64,000 nt of DNA from Felis catus (lineage: Eukaryota): positions 114,826,001-114,890,000 of the forward strand of contig NC_058368.1 of the NCBI RefSeq assembly GCF_018350175.1, given 5' to 3'. The position numbers and the translations under genes were made by a program. The notes beneath the pieces were generated by a model that had not been told where the DNA came from, made no database searches, and saw only the letters and a list, made by a program, of their open reading frames with translations. Of the stretch, positions 25,575 to 38,190 are shown piece by piece (position 1 is the first letter of the stretch; every line of letters begins with the position of its first letter).

Positions 25575-26405
25575 GGGGTTGGGTGTTTTTTTTTTGGGAT
25601 TTGTTTCTGCCTCAGGCACATTTTCTCTGTAATTTTTGGAACCCAAATATAAGGGAAATCTCATTTGCTCTGTTCTGACTCATTTACAATTAAATACACT
25701 TGTTCCCATCTGTGTCTGTATACATCTGCATACATTTGCTATAGCATCGCCCTTAATTTTGGAAAATGATGCGGCTAGTGTTATTTTTACCCTGATTCCC
25801 AAACTGGCTGAGAAGACCAGTGGGTGTTCACCCACCCAGTGACAACCCCCACCCAGGCCTGTCCCTGAGGGAGGTAGTGACATTTCTTCCATGGGCAGGG
25901 CATGCAGACCCCTGGTAGGTACTGCTTTTTGTGCTTGCCTATCTTAGGGCTCCAGCTACAAGGACTGAGGGTGTTCCTGTCCATTTCAGTGCCAAGGCTT
26001 CATTGACCACAGACACTGGCCTTGACTCCCTAGGCCACTGCTGGCAGCTGCTTCACCATGCACTGAACTTGGATGTGGGAGTGGAAGGCTTGCTGACTTT
26101 CAAGGAAGATAACATTAAGGAAGTACTGCCAGGTCATCTTAGCCCATCCCTCCCAGCCTGGGAGAAGTGAGGATCTGTCTTCACTGTTCAGAGGGATGTG
26201 GTGGCATGTGTGGGTGCTGCCTCACCTACATACCTAAAAATACCACACTGTGGTTTTCTACTGCTTTTTTCCCCCAAAAAACCTAAGTTACTTCATAAAG
26301 ATATTCACATTTAATGAGATGGTGGTGCCTGTCAGCACACTTCGAGCCTTTTTGATATTTTCTCATTAAATAATTTTATTTATACTCATATGCTAAAATA
26401 GAACA

Positions 26406-26611
26406 TGGCTGGGTGCCTGGGTGGCATAGTCCATTAAGCATCTAACTTTGGCTCTGGTCATGATCTCATGATTGGTGAGGTTCGAGCCCCACGTAGGATG
26501 AGCTAGGGTCCTGATTTGGACTCCACACTCTGTCTCCATCTCTGTCTCTCTTCTCTTTCTGCCCCTCGTGGGATTCTCTCTTTGGCCCTCTCTCTCTGCC
26601 CCTCACTCACG

Positions 26612-26646
<35 letters not shown>

Positions 26647-26915
26647 GAAAATAATAAATAAAATAAAATAAAATAAAATAAAATAGAAAGTGGCCAAGAA
26701 AAATTATAGGATGCAGAAAATAAGATGTCAGTTGCTGTTAATCAAAAGGAAAATGACTCTTGATTTTGACTCAGGTCATGATCTCAAAGTGCATGAGTTC
26801 GAGCCCTACGATGGGCTCTGTGCTGACAGTGCAGAGCCTGCTCGGGATTCTCTCTCTCCCTCTCTCTCTGCCCCTCCCACCCTCACATTCTCTCTCTCTC
26901 AAAATAAATAAAACT
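26406..26915 (+). mobile_element. Two CAN-SINEs (26406-26685; 5'-truncated 26753-26915)
   Basis: GGTCATGATCTC cores, CT tracts, (AAAAT)n tail. Confidence 0.85.
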
Positions 26916-28092
26916 TTTATTAAAAATATCAAAACGATACTTGAAACAATACTTACTATCTCCTTATCTCTAACCTATGATGGAAATTCTGTGATGGGCA
27001 GTGCTGCTGCTGTTGTTGATTAATAATTGAGATCTACTCAGGGAAAGGCCAAGCTTTCATACTTTTTCTACATCACTTCCAAGACCCTAGACTCCTTTCT
27101 TCATGTTGAACCAACTGCACTCTTAAGAGGTGTCATGAGATGATGTAGCATCATCCAGGGTGTCTTCCTCTTGCCTAACGCGGCTTTAGGCTGAGAAACA
27201 CCAATCCATGGGCACCAGTTATAACCGAGGGTCCTCTTTGTGTCTGGCTTTACCTTGGTCCTATGTTCTCCACGGAGATGGAGATGCTGCCATCCCTGTC
27301 CTCAGAGAGCTGAATGGTTGGCCAATATTTCTAGTTTGAGGCTAGGGATCAGTTAGTTTCACTCCTCTGGTAGGTTCCTGAGTATCTACTTTTTGAAAGC
27401 CTTTACCCAGCCAAGACCTCGACTGGGTAAGGTCTTATCGCCTGCGCAGTCTGAGTTGCTGCTGCCACACACACACGCACTCCCACATGTACACATATAC
27501 ACACACGCACACCTTCCTTCATCATTTTTGACAGTTGTGGGCAGAGTCAGCTGCTCCTTAGACAATCAAGCCTATTATAGGTATCCCCCTTTGCCTAGGT
27601 TCTAGTCCTATAATGCCTCTTAAAATGTCTTCTCTTTTGCCTGGTTAACTTCTTACCATTCCTCGGGTCTTGACTTAGATACTCCATTCTCCAAGAAGCC
27701 AGGTTGGGCTTGGAGGCCCCACACTGACCCACACAGCAGTGTATTGTAAATGCTTGGTGATGTGTCTGGTTCCACTAGCCTGTATGCTTTCTGGAGTCAA
27801 GTGCTGTGTCTGTCTTATACCCCTTGTGCCTGGACAGGGCCTGGTATTTAGTAGCTGTTTAATAAATATGTATTAAATGAATGGATGAATGAATGCATTC
27901 CTGAACTGAGTCACTTTATAGAAACCAAGCTCCTTAAAGTTATTTCCATCCAATTCATCCTGTGGGAGAAACCAGTTTCTTTAAAGAGAAACTAATATGC
28001 AGAGATAAACATCTAGAGAGATCTACCTCATAATGAAACTAAGATGGCAATAGTTGAAAACGATCTGGGGTAGTAGAATAACAGGGGAATTT

Positions 28093-28869
28093 ATTTATTT
28101 TTATTGAAAAAATTTTTTTAATGTTTGTTTCTTTTAGAGAGAGAGAGAGCACGAGCAGGGGAGGGGCAGACAGAGAGGGAGATACAGAATCTGAAGCAGA
28201 CTCCAGGCTCTGAGCTGTCAGCACAGAGCCTGACACAGGGCTCAAACTCATGAACTTGACCCAAGTGAGATCATGACTTGACCCAAAGTGGGACACAACC
28301 GACTGAGCCACCCAGGCTCAGGTTATTCACCCAGGTTATTCACCCTGAATAACAGGTGAATTTAATTTTCTTGTTTTTACTGGCATGTGATTCTATAATG
28401 AGATATATATAACAAAAGAAGTTTCGAAAAGAATATACTATGTAAACTGAGGAGTTAATTTTTTAAAAACAATTTTAATGTTTATTTGTTTGACAGAGAG
28501 AGAGAGAGAGAGAGAGCGAGAGCGAGCTGGGGAGGGGCAGAGAGAGAGGGAGACACAGAATCTGAAGCAGGCTCCAGGCTCTGAGCTGTCAGCACAGAGC
28601 CCAATGTGGGGCTTGAACTCATGAACTGTGAGATCATGACCTGAGCCAAAGTCAGCTGCTTGACCAACTGAGCCACCCAGGTGCCCCAATTTTTTTTTTA
28701 AGAGAGAGAGAGTACAGGAGAGGGGCAGAAAGAAAGGGAGAGAGAGAATCTTAAACAGGCTCCATGTCCAGTGCTAAGCCTGATGTGGGCTTGATCTCAT
28801 GAAGGTGAGATCATGACCTGAGCGAAAATCAAGAGTTGGATACTCAGCCGACTGGCACCCAGGCACCCT
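28093..28869 (-). mobile_element. Cluster of three minus-strand CAN-SINEs (28093-28316, 28458-28688, 28690-28869)
   Basis: Three reverse bodies; TSDs GAATAACAGG(G/T)GAATTT and CTGAGGAGTTAAT. Confidence 0.88.
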
Positions 28870-29050
28870 GAGGAGTTAATGTTTAATGGGTATGAGGTTT
28901 CAGTTTGGGAAGATGAAAAGGTTCTGAAGATGACTGACAATGATGGTTGCACAACAATGTGAATGTACGTAATGCCACTGATCTGTATATTTAAAAATAG
29001 CTAAAATGATAAATTTGGAAAATTTCATGTTATGTATCTTTTACCACATG
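28870..29050 (+). mobile_element. L1MB-like 3' end
   Basis: GTTTAATGGGTATGAGGTTTCAGTTTGGGAAGATGAAAAGGTTCTG..GGTTGCACAACAATGTGAATGTAC. Confidence 0.85.
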
Positions 29051-30456
29051 CACACAAAAGTTGCCCATCAGAGGAGTCTCATGTTGGGCAGGAACGGCCC
29101 GGCTCTGGCACCCCTACTGTGGGTCAGAGGCTGAGAGTGGCCCAGAACAAGCAAGGCCTTGGTGTGGATGCTGTGATGAGTCTCAAGGTGGCCCAACTCT
29201 GTCCACCGCAACAGTTCTTTCAAAGGGAGATCTGAGCAGTGCGTCTCTATGGTCACCACGGCTGTGTGACCTCTGGACTCACACCTGGTCCAACACCCAG
29301 GTCTGGCACTTTCTGGCTCTGTGATCATCGTCAAATTATTCTACTTCCTGGTGTGTGCCTTAGTTTCTCTATTAAACAGAGGTGATGATGTTCATTCCTA
29401 CCTTATAGTGTGTTACATAAATGAGCTAATATATATAAAGTGCTTAGAACATTACCTGTCCTAAAGTATGCTGTTTGTAAGAATTTGCTAGCATAACCAC
29501 AAAGCATTTACTGTGATAAAGGCTCGGTGATAATAAGCCTGTTTGATTACTTCCAAAGAGCCTCCCGACAACCATGAGAGTCAGGTAATCTTTCCATTTA
29601 GAGGTGAGGAAATTGACACTTGGTGAGGCCACACAAACAATTAGAATGGAGCCCTGAGGAGGTCACAGGTGGCCTAACTCCAGTTCAGATCACATGCTAG
29701 GCAGTGCTGCATCCTGATCAGCCCTTTGCCCGTGGTGCTGGCTCTGGCTCCATTCTGAGAGAAGGGCTCCCTCCTGGTCCTTGTCTTCAAGGATAGCATC
29801 TTCATCGTCATCATTATCAAAAATTGCCATCATCTTCAGCATCATCAGCATCAGCATCTGCATCATCCAAAAGGGCTTTATTAAAAGCACCTAATTACAC
29901 ATTCTGCTGTTCTGTATTTTAGACAACAATAATTACACACACGTCCTAGGAGCTTAGCAACTAAATCTTGGATGAGCATGTTAAGAGCTCCCAAATAGCA
30001 GAATAAAGGCACTGCTAATAGAGCAACTCACTCCTTGGGCAGGCTGCTGGACCTCTCTGAGTCTCACTGATAGGATAAAAATTACTTCCCTTCCCCATAC
30101 ATAGACCATAGTGAGATAAAGTTTGAGGACATGCTTGGAGGGGTGGGAAGCACTGTGCAAACTTTAGCTGTCACTTTTCTGGGCCTCTTTGTTTAATCCT
30201 GCAAGAGTTGATAGTGAGCATTCTCCTATACTCCTATCCATGGGAGTCCATGAATGACGAGGAAGAAAAGGGAAAATAAGTGTGGAAGTGAGGAGGTTCG
30301 TGGCCAGGAAGGGAGGAAAGTCGTTCCAGGTTGTAGGCATTAGGGGCTATCATTATCATTAGCAAGGCAGGTCTGAAGACCTCCACCCACCTCCATCCCT
30401 CCAAAGCTTAGGGAACACTGCAGGGATAGAGTAGGATGAAGATAGGCCAGGACTGT

Positions 30457-30930
30457 TCATTCATTCAGCACCACTATGTGCCAGACATTGTTCTAGATAC
30501 TGGGGATGAAACAGTGAACAAGAACCAAGCAGCAGACAAGAGCCAAGCTGTCAGGCCACATCCTAGAGGGAGAAGACCAACAATCAGCAAGTAGATAAAC
30601 AACTAATTTTAGATGGTGACATATGCTATGAAGAAAATACAGTGGGATGATGAGATAGAGAGTGACTATCCAGCTATCTTAGAGTGGGTTGTCAGGGAGG
30701 CCAAATTGAGAAGGTACCATTTAATTTGAGACTCGAATGGTAAGAAGGTACCACCACAGGGATATCTGGGGAAAGGGCCCTCTAGGCAGGGGGACAGCTC
30801 ATGGAAGAGGGTGTTCCCAAGGGCCCTGTAGGCTGGGCTAAATTGTTTAGATTTTATCCTGTAACAATGGGAAGCCATCTGAGGCAGGAAGGATGCACCT
30901 AGGCAACATTTTGGAAATCTCACCCTGGTG
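30457..30930 (-). mobile_element. L2 fossil
   Basis: TTCATTCATTCAGCACCACTATGTGCCAGACATTGTTCTAG; GTCAGGGAGGCC; TTTTATCCTGTAACAATGGGAAGCCAT. Confidence 0.75.
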
Positions 30931-31589
30931 TCCTGGACCTTAGTCTCAAGGAGACACAGGACACCTTCTCCCCACCCCTGAATCTAAAGACCCCTTGGAG
31001 GGCAGAGCAATCAGAAGACATTGCCCACTACCAGGCTAAAATGGCTTTGGTCTAGAGAGCTAGATGTTTGGCTGGAAGTTCAAGATGAAAGCAAAATGCT
31101 GAGTGCAAATGATACTAGTCTGGGTGTGTGTGTGTTGGGGGGAGGGTTGTCCATAACCTCACCTTAAGCAAATTAATGAAAGGAATAAACCATTGATATC
31201 TGAAGGGCCCTTGCTCTGTCCACCACATTATGGCCCATGAGGCTAGAGGAAACTGGGTTCCCTGGTGTGCCCAGTTATGGAGACCCAGATAAGTTGTTGC
31301 TCAGCACAACCAGCAGATGTCTTTTGAATTCATTAATCCTGCTGGTCCTGTGCTGGGCTGTGGACAGTGGGAAGAGGCAGTAATAGAGTGGCCAAATAGG
31401 GTGGCCAAACTCATTTGCTAAACTAGCCCTCCCTCAGCTCAGAAAGCCTGAAGAGGGATTTCCATGAAAGCCTAACACCTACTTGCAGTAAGATCTCTTC
31501 TAGATAAAGTATGGCAGGTTGTGAGGGCACAGCCAGTTTTCTCTGTGTGTCCAGAGAAGTTCCTAATACTTCATTGGGCCTGGTCTTTC

Positions 31590-33440
31590 TCCTGCTTAAA
31601 GTCCTTTAGCAGTTTCCTGCTGCCCTCAGAATGAAGTTCAGAAGATTCTAATCCTGCTTTACCCCTCCATTCTCTTTAATCTTGCTGTGCCTTACTACTA
31701 TACAGCCCAGCCATATTGAACACTTGGCTTTTTTCCAGAATCCGATGTGTTTTCTGTTGCCTCCATGTCTTTGCATAGGCCGTTCTATTGTCCTGGAATG
31801 CCTTCTCTTCCCCCCTCTAACTCCCCTCACCTGGCTAACTTCTACTTATCCTTCAGGACTCAGCTTAGATGTCAGACAGTGTTTCCCAATCCACCTAGCT
31901 GGGGTTGGCCCACAGTACTCTCTCCCTACTCTTTCCCCAGCTTTATTGAGGTATAATTGACAATCTTCCTCTCCTTTTCTACCTAAAATTTCTACTTAAA
32001 ATACATAGCTGCAGCTCATGCTTCAGGGTTCCTGAGCCCTCCCGGACTATACCAGGCTCCCCTCCTATACAGTCACATCATTTGTCTTCCATAGGTCATA
32101 TCACAATGGGTAATGATAGGTCTGTGTGTTTAATTGGTGTATCTCCTCCACTAATCTGTAAACACCATGGGGATACGTGCCTTGTCTGTTTAGTTCACCA
32201 TTGTATCTTAAGACCTGGGCACATAAGTATTTACTAAATGAATGAATGAATGAATTCTTCTGGGTTCCTATGTCACATGGAGATTATTCCCAGCACAGCA
32301 CTTAGCTCATTATAAGAGACTATGTACTCCTGTGTCTCTCCAATGGTCTTGTAAGCTCCTTGAGGGGAGGAATAATGCTTTTGTCACCATGATTTCCAGT
32401 GCTTGGCACATTGCCTGGCAATTAGGCACCCAAAAAATATTCTGAAAATATGAATAGATGAATGAATGATGATAGGCATTCACTTATGTTCTCTTACACT
32501 CCATTCTTAATACAACAAAGTGACTATTTATTTATTTATTATTTATTTATTTTTAATGATATAGGCTCCACTCCCAATGTGGGGCTTGAACTCATGACCC
32601 TAGATCAAGAGTTGTATTCTCTATTGGCTGAGCCAGCCAGGCACCTCAAAGTGACCTTTTAAAAATGCAAATCAGGGGCACCTGGGTGGCTCACTTGGTT
32701 GCGCTTCTGACTCTTGGGCTCAGGTCATGATTTCACATTTTGTGGGATCAAGCTCCCCACTGGTGCGGAGTCTGCATGGGATTCTCTCTCTCCCTCTGTA
32801 TCTTCCCCTTCTCTCTCTCTCTCTCTCTTGCTCTTGCTCTCTCACTCAAAATAAATAAATAAACTTAAAAAAAATAATTAAAAATACAAATCAGATCATT
32901 TTCACTCCAATTCTTAATCCCCTGGGAGGCTCCTGCTGCTTTAAAAGGATAATCCAAACTCCTTATTGTCACCTACAGAGCCTTCCACTGATTTGGCTCC
33001 TGCCTACTTTTGTGGCCTTATCAAGTGCTACTCTTTTCCTCATTTACTACCCCTCAGTATAATGGCCTTCCTTTTCTTCCTTGAATATGCCATGCTTATT
33101 CCCATCCTGGGGCTTTTGCACATGCAGTTTCCTCCTCTGGGACATTTGGCTCCATCACCATGCTCTTCTGGTCATTCAAGTCTCAGCTCAAACACCATCT
33201 TTTTAGTGAGGCCTTTCCTGACCTATCTAAATGAGCATGCTTCTTCCACATCACTCTTAATATTTACTCTATTTGAAATCATATTGTCCATTTAATTGTT
33301 ACCTTACTGTCTTTCTCCTTTTCTAGAATGTAAATTTCATGAGGGCTGCTCACTACTGTATCTCCAGGGTCTAATACAATGTGTGTCATATAATAGGTAC
33401 TCTGAAATATTTGTTGATTGAACAAATGAATGGACAAATG
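31590..33440 (+). mobile_element. Run of plus-strand L2 fragments with two SINEs (32525-32645 -, 32675-32878 +)
   Basis: Several L2 3' ends (TGAATGAATGAA; ATATTTGTTGATTGAACAAATGAA); SINE TSD AAAAAT(G/A)CAAATCA. Confidence 0.7.
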
Positions 33441-34391
33441 AATATGATAATTGTCTTCAGTGATAGAGGGGCAGGTTTCTGCCAGGCTCTATGGAGAGTG
33501 ATTTATTGTGATTAAAGAAATAAAGAAGCCAGACCGGTAAGAACCAGTCCAGATTGTAGGTTTGCCATGCTCCACTGGGAGCTCCTGTAGTCCGGGAATC
33601 CCATGGCCTACTCAGCCCAGTAGAGTCCAGTCAACCCAGAATCAGATTCATTCTGGGTAAACAAAAAGCAAAGGCTGACTTGGCTTCCAAGTTCTCCTGT
33701 ATGCAGAATGCTTGTATGCAGACCTACAGGAGCATGTAAAGATTCCTGGCAGATGTATCTCTCTGCTTTGTTCCAGTGGATTTTATTTTCCTCAAAGTTT
33801 CTTAGAATCTAGAAAAATTGTTGTCAGGCAACAGAAGCAATGAATGGAGACACATGACTCATTCACCAATACATCTGAGATCTAAAGTGTAATAGTTTAA
33901 TTCCATTTATGCTACAATGCAACAATTCTTATTTTGATCGCACTTTTCATACTCCTATGAAAATCTAAAAATGCCAGACAAAAAAAGAATTTTTAGAATA
34001 GTGAATACAAAGAACCAGGTTTTCATAATAAAGCCCACTGATACTCTTCAAGAGGAGAATAAAGCCCATCCCCACTCCTCCATTCCCTCCCCTTTTTAAA
34101 AGACTTATTTTTAGATAAAATTTTGCTTCGTTGTCACAGTCTTTAACTTTTTTCCTTTCAAGTTCCCTTTTCCATTGTCATCAACAAAAATATGAGCACG
34201 AAAGGGGAGGGAAGTGTTTGTTTTTGTGTACACATCTTTGATCATATCAGAGAGGAGAGAATCATGAACACCCGCTGCTGACTGATTTTAAGAACTAAAT
34301 CTTGATTTTACTTTCTGCAGGGAAGATGAATAGCATGAATAAAGAGAACCTTACACATGTGTTATAAGTGTCAAGGGCCTTAGTTTGATGT

Positions 34392-34872
34392 TTTTATTTT
34401 ATTTATTAAAATTTTTTTTCATGTTTACTTTTTAGAGAGAGAGAGAGAGAGAGAGCATGAGTGGGAGGGGGAGAGAGAGAGAGTGAGACACAGAATCCAA
34501 AGCAGGCTTCAAGCTGTCAGCACAGAGCCCGAACTCGCGGGGCTCGAACTCATGAACCGTTAGGTCATGGCCTGAGCTGAAGTTGGACACTTAACCAACT
34601 GAGCCACCCAGGCGCCCTGATTTTTTTATTTAAAACTTAACCCAGTGGAGGCACCTGGATGGCTCAGATGGTTGAGAGTGTGACTTTGGCTCAGGTCATG
34701 ATCTCCTGGTTTGTGGGTTCAAGCCCCACATCAGCCTCTCTCCTGTCGGCACAGAGCCCGCTTCTGATCCTCTGTCCCCCTCTGTCTGTCCCTCCTCCAC
34801 CTGTCTTCGTATGCATGCGTGCGGCGCTCTCTCTCTCTCTCTCTCTCAAAAATAAGAACATTAAAAAAAAAC
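34392..34872. mobile_element. Head-to-head CAN-SINE pair (34392-34617 -, 34649-34872 +)
   Basis: Reverse head CCCAGGCGCCC, about 30 bp gap, then forward head GAGGCACCTGGATGGCTCAG. Confidence 0.9.
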
Positions 34873-35540
34873 AAACCTAAGAGAGACAAGTGAGCTCTTG
34901 GCCTCCCCCCACCCCCAAGACCCCAGCCAGCCCCATTTGTCAAATTGGAGCTATGCAAAAAGACAAAATGCACACAGCTTAAGAACCTGGAATTTAAATT
35001 ATTTCCATCATGATGTAGTCTTGACATGAAAACTGTTTGAATTTGGCTTTTCAACAAAAAGTTCTTACAAGGCATTGATATTCAGAGGCTAAGTGGGGGT
35101 CGTTACGAGTCTGGTTCTGGATTCTGGGGGATTTGGGTCCTAGCACTGTCACATATTCCCAGTGTGACCTGAGTCTATGTTTTCTCATCCATAGAATGAG
35201 GAAAAAAGTAGTAACTGTTTCAGGATTGTTGAGAGGCTTGAGTGACACATGAAGTTCTTAGCACAAAGCTTGGCATATACCAAAGACTTGTTAGCTATGA
35301 GCTATTATTATTTTCAGTTATGGAGTCTTAAAATAATTTTTTTATGTTTTATTTATTTAATCTCTACGCGCCATGTGGGGCTCGAACTGACGACCCTGAG
35401 ATCAAGAGTTGCATGCTCTACTTACTGAGTCAGTCAGGTGCCCCTAAAGTAATTATTATTGTATGAGCAAATGAATTAATGAGTGAGTTGTAAGTATACT
35501 TGACTTGACTTTGTTTTCTGTCTGGGCTTAGAATAGTTAT

Positions 35541-36335
35541 CAGTGTTTTCTCAACTCTGGCTGCATATTAGAATCAACTTGGGAGATTTAAAAATTGCTT
35601 AGTCCCTACCTAGGAAGAGTTGAATCCCTGCTTCTGGTGGTGGTGCCTGGGTATGATATATTTTCTTTAATGACGCTTTTTTTTAGTTTATTTTAATTTT
35701 TAAAAGAAAGTTTTATTTATTTATTTTGAGACAGAGAATGCAAGCAGGGTAGGGGCAGAGAGAGAGGAGAGAGAGAATCTCAAGCAGGCTCCGCGCTGTC
35801 AGCATAAAGCCTGATGTGGGGCTTGAACTCATGAACTGTGACACCATGACCTAAGCCAAAGACAGACACTTAACTGACTGAGCCACCCAGGTACCCTATT
35901 TGAGAGAGAGAGAGAGATTGTGTGAACACTAGTGGGGCAAGGGCAGAGAGAACGAGAGAGAGAATCCCAAGCAGGCTTCACGCTGTCACCCAGAGCCTGA
36001 TGTAGGGCTCAATCTCAGGAACTGTGAGCTCACGAGCTGAAATCAAGAGTCAGATACTCAACTGACTGAGCCACCCAGGCACTCCCTAGGTATCATATTT
36101 TAAAAAGATTTCCAGTGGCACCTGGGTGGCTCAGTTGGTTAAGTGTCCAACCCTTAGTTTCAACTCAGGTCATGATCCCAGGGCCATGGGATTGAGCCCT
36201 GTGTCAGGCTCCGTGCGGAGCTTAGGATTCTTTCCCTCTGCTCCTCTCCCCAATTTGGTGCTTGCACTCTCTTAAAAAAACAAACAAAAACTCTCCAGGT
36301 GATTCTGATGTGCAGCCTGAGTTGTGAGTTACTGA
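35541..36335 (+). mobile_element. MER5-like hAT-Charlie MITE split by three SINEs
   Basis: Left CAGTGTTTTCTCAACTCTGGCTGCATATTAGAATCA; right CCAGGTGATTCTGATGTGCAGCCTGAGTTGTGAGTTACTG; SINE bodies at about 35670-35896, 35897-36085 and 36115-36285. Confidence 0.75.
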
Positions 36336-36961
36336 GCTATACAGAAATGAGGAATAATAGACAAAGCTTCCAGGGTGGCAGGGCTTTACTGCTTTCCCCC
36401 CACCTGTCTGGAGAGAAATAGGCAATCAGGGCCATCAGGCATTCATTTGTCTTTGACCCTCATGTGGTCCTACACAGTGGTTTTACCTTTAGTTTTTATT
36501 GACTCTTGTCCAAATCTGACCTTCTTTGTTAGCTTTCTTCAGGTTAAGCCAAGAGTCACTTTGATCTCTTCTATGGGAGTTAATATTGGTGGTGGTCGTG
36601 TGTGTGTGTGTGTGTGTTCATTATTTCACGGCCACAACAAGAGGTAAAGATTTTCCAACTTTTCATTCCAAGGCTGCCAAGCCAGTTCTCATCTTCATCA
36701 GTTTTGGAACTTCACTCATTTGGTTTTACCTTCCTTAAGGGTTGTGAAGTGCCTCCCATGAGATAATATCCTGGAAAAGTGCTTTGCAAACTGTGAAGAT
36801 ATTTAACCAGTCCAATGTAGATAAATAATAACAAAACTGTCATAATGTAGAGAGTCTCCAAAATGATCTCTGATAGTTCATCTTTATTGACATGTTGACA
36901 TTATTTTGTGTAACTTTTTAGAATATTCCATAAAGCCTTGCTGATTCTTTTCATTGTTTTT

Positions 36962-37201
36962 TTTTTATTTTTTTTAATTAAAAAAAAATTTTTTTTTTTA
37001 ACGTTTATTTATTTTTGGGACAGAGAGAGACAGAGCATGAACGGGGGAGGGGCAGAGAGAGAGGGAGACACAGAATTGGAAACAGGCTCCAGGCTCCGAG
37101 CCATCAGCCCAGAGCCCGAGGCAGGGCTCAAACTCACAGACCGCGAGATCGTGACCTGGCTGAAGTCGGACGCTTAACCGACTGCGCCACCCAGGTGCCC
37201 C
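36962..37201 (-). mobile_element. Young felid-type CAN-SINE (copy A, original insertion)
   Basis: CpG-rich body; TSD TCATTGTTTTT at 36951-36961 and 37203-37213. Confidence 0.95.
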
Positions 37202-37813
37202 ATCATTGTTTTTCTATTACATTCTTAGTGTAGTTTAACCCTCATGATTATGTGCTCTATGTTCAGCAACCGGAAGTAAGTTGAAACCTTAATGCAAGGT
37301 TAACTAAATGCAAGCCTCAACCCAAATGTCATCAATTGACATTAGTGAACAATTTCTTGGCTTCACTGCCACTTGGTTTTCCTCCCATATCTATAGCCAC
37401 TCATTCTTTCTGCCAATATATTTTGTAAAGTTTTATTTATTTAAATAATCTCTGTACCCAACAAGGGGCTCAAACTCACGACCATGACATCAAGAGTTAT
37501 ATGCTTTATTGACTGAGCCAGCCAATAAAGGCGACCCTGGAAATATTTTTAAAGTGCATTTTATGTTCCAGGTACTATGCAGAAGCAGAGAAGTGGAAAC
37601 AGTCAGAAAGATTCCTGTCCTCATGAAACTTAGAATCTAATGGAGGAGACAGAAAATAAACCAGTAGACAAACAAGGCAATTCTAGAGAGGGATGAGTGC
37701 TATAGAGAGTAGAAATAAGGTAATGTGGTAGAGAGTGGCTGGAGTGTGGGGGTGTGGTCAGGGAAGGCCTCTCTGACTAGGCGATGTCAAAATTGGTCCT
37801 TAAGAATGAGAAG

Positions 37814-37947
37814 CAGAGGCAGGGATGAATAGGCAAAGCGTAGCAGATTTTCAGGACAGTGAAAATACTTTGTACAGTATTATAATGACAGATACATGTT
37901 ACTACACATTTGTCCAAACCTGTAGAATATACACCAAGAGTCAAATG
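37814..37947 (+). mobile_element. Old L1M 3'-UTR fragment inserted in a minus-strand L2 (about 37560-38500)
   Basis: GAATAGGCAAAGCGTAGCAGATTTTCAGGACAGTGAAAATACT..GATACATGTTACTACACATTTGTCCAAACC; degenerate TSD AAGAA(TG/AA)AGAAG at 37802 and 38417. Confidence 0.7.
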
Positions 37948-37948
37948 T

Positions 37949-38190
37949 GGGGCGCCTGGGTGGCGCAGTCGGTTAAGCGTCCGACTTCAGCCAGGTCACG
38001 ATCTCGCGGTCTGTGAGTTCGAGCCCTGCCTCGGACTCTGGGCTGATGGCTCGGAGCCTGGAGCCTGTTTCCAATTCTGTGTCTCCCTCTCTCTCTGCCC
38101 CTCCCCCGTTCATGCTCTGTCTCTCTCTGTCCCAAAAATAAACAAACGTTAAAAAAAAAATTTAAAAAAAATAATAAAAAAAAATAAAAA
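37949..38190 (+). mobile_element. Young felid-type CAN-SINE (copy B, no TSD of its own)
   Basis: GGGGCGCCTGGGTGGCGCAGTCGG head; shares private variants with copy A. Confidence 0.95.

Noticed and set aside
29690..29890. ORF with Met-rich and acidic stretches (MMQMLMLMM..DNDDDED)
   Set aside because: Product of a degenerate (CAT)/(CAG) simple repeat.
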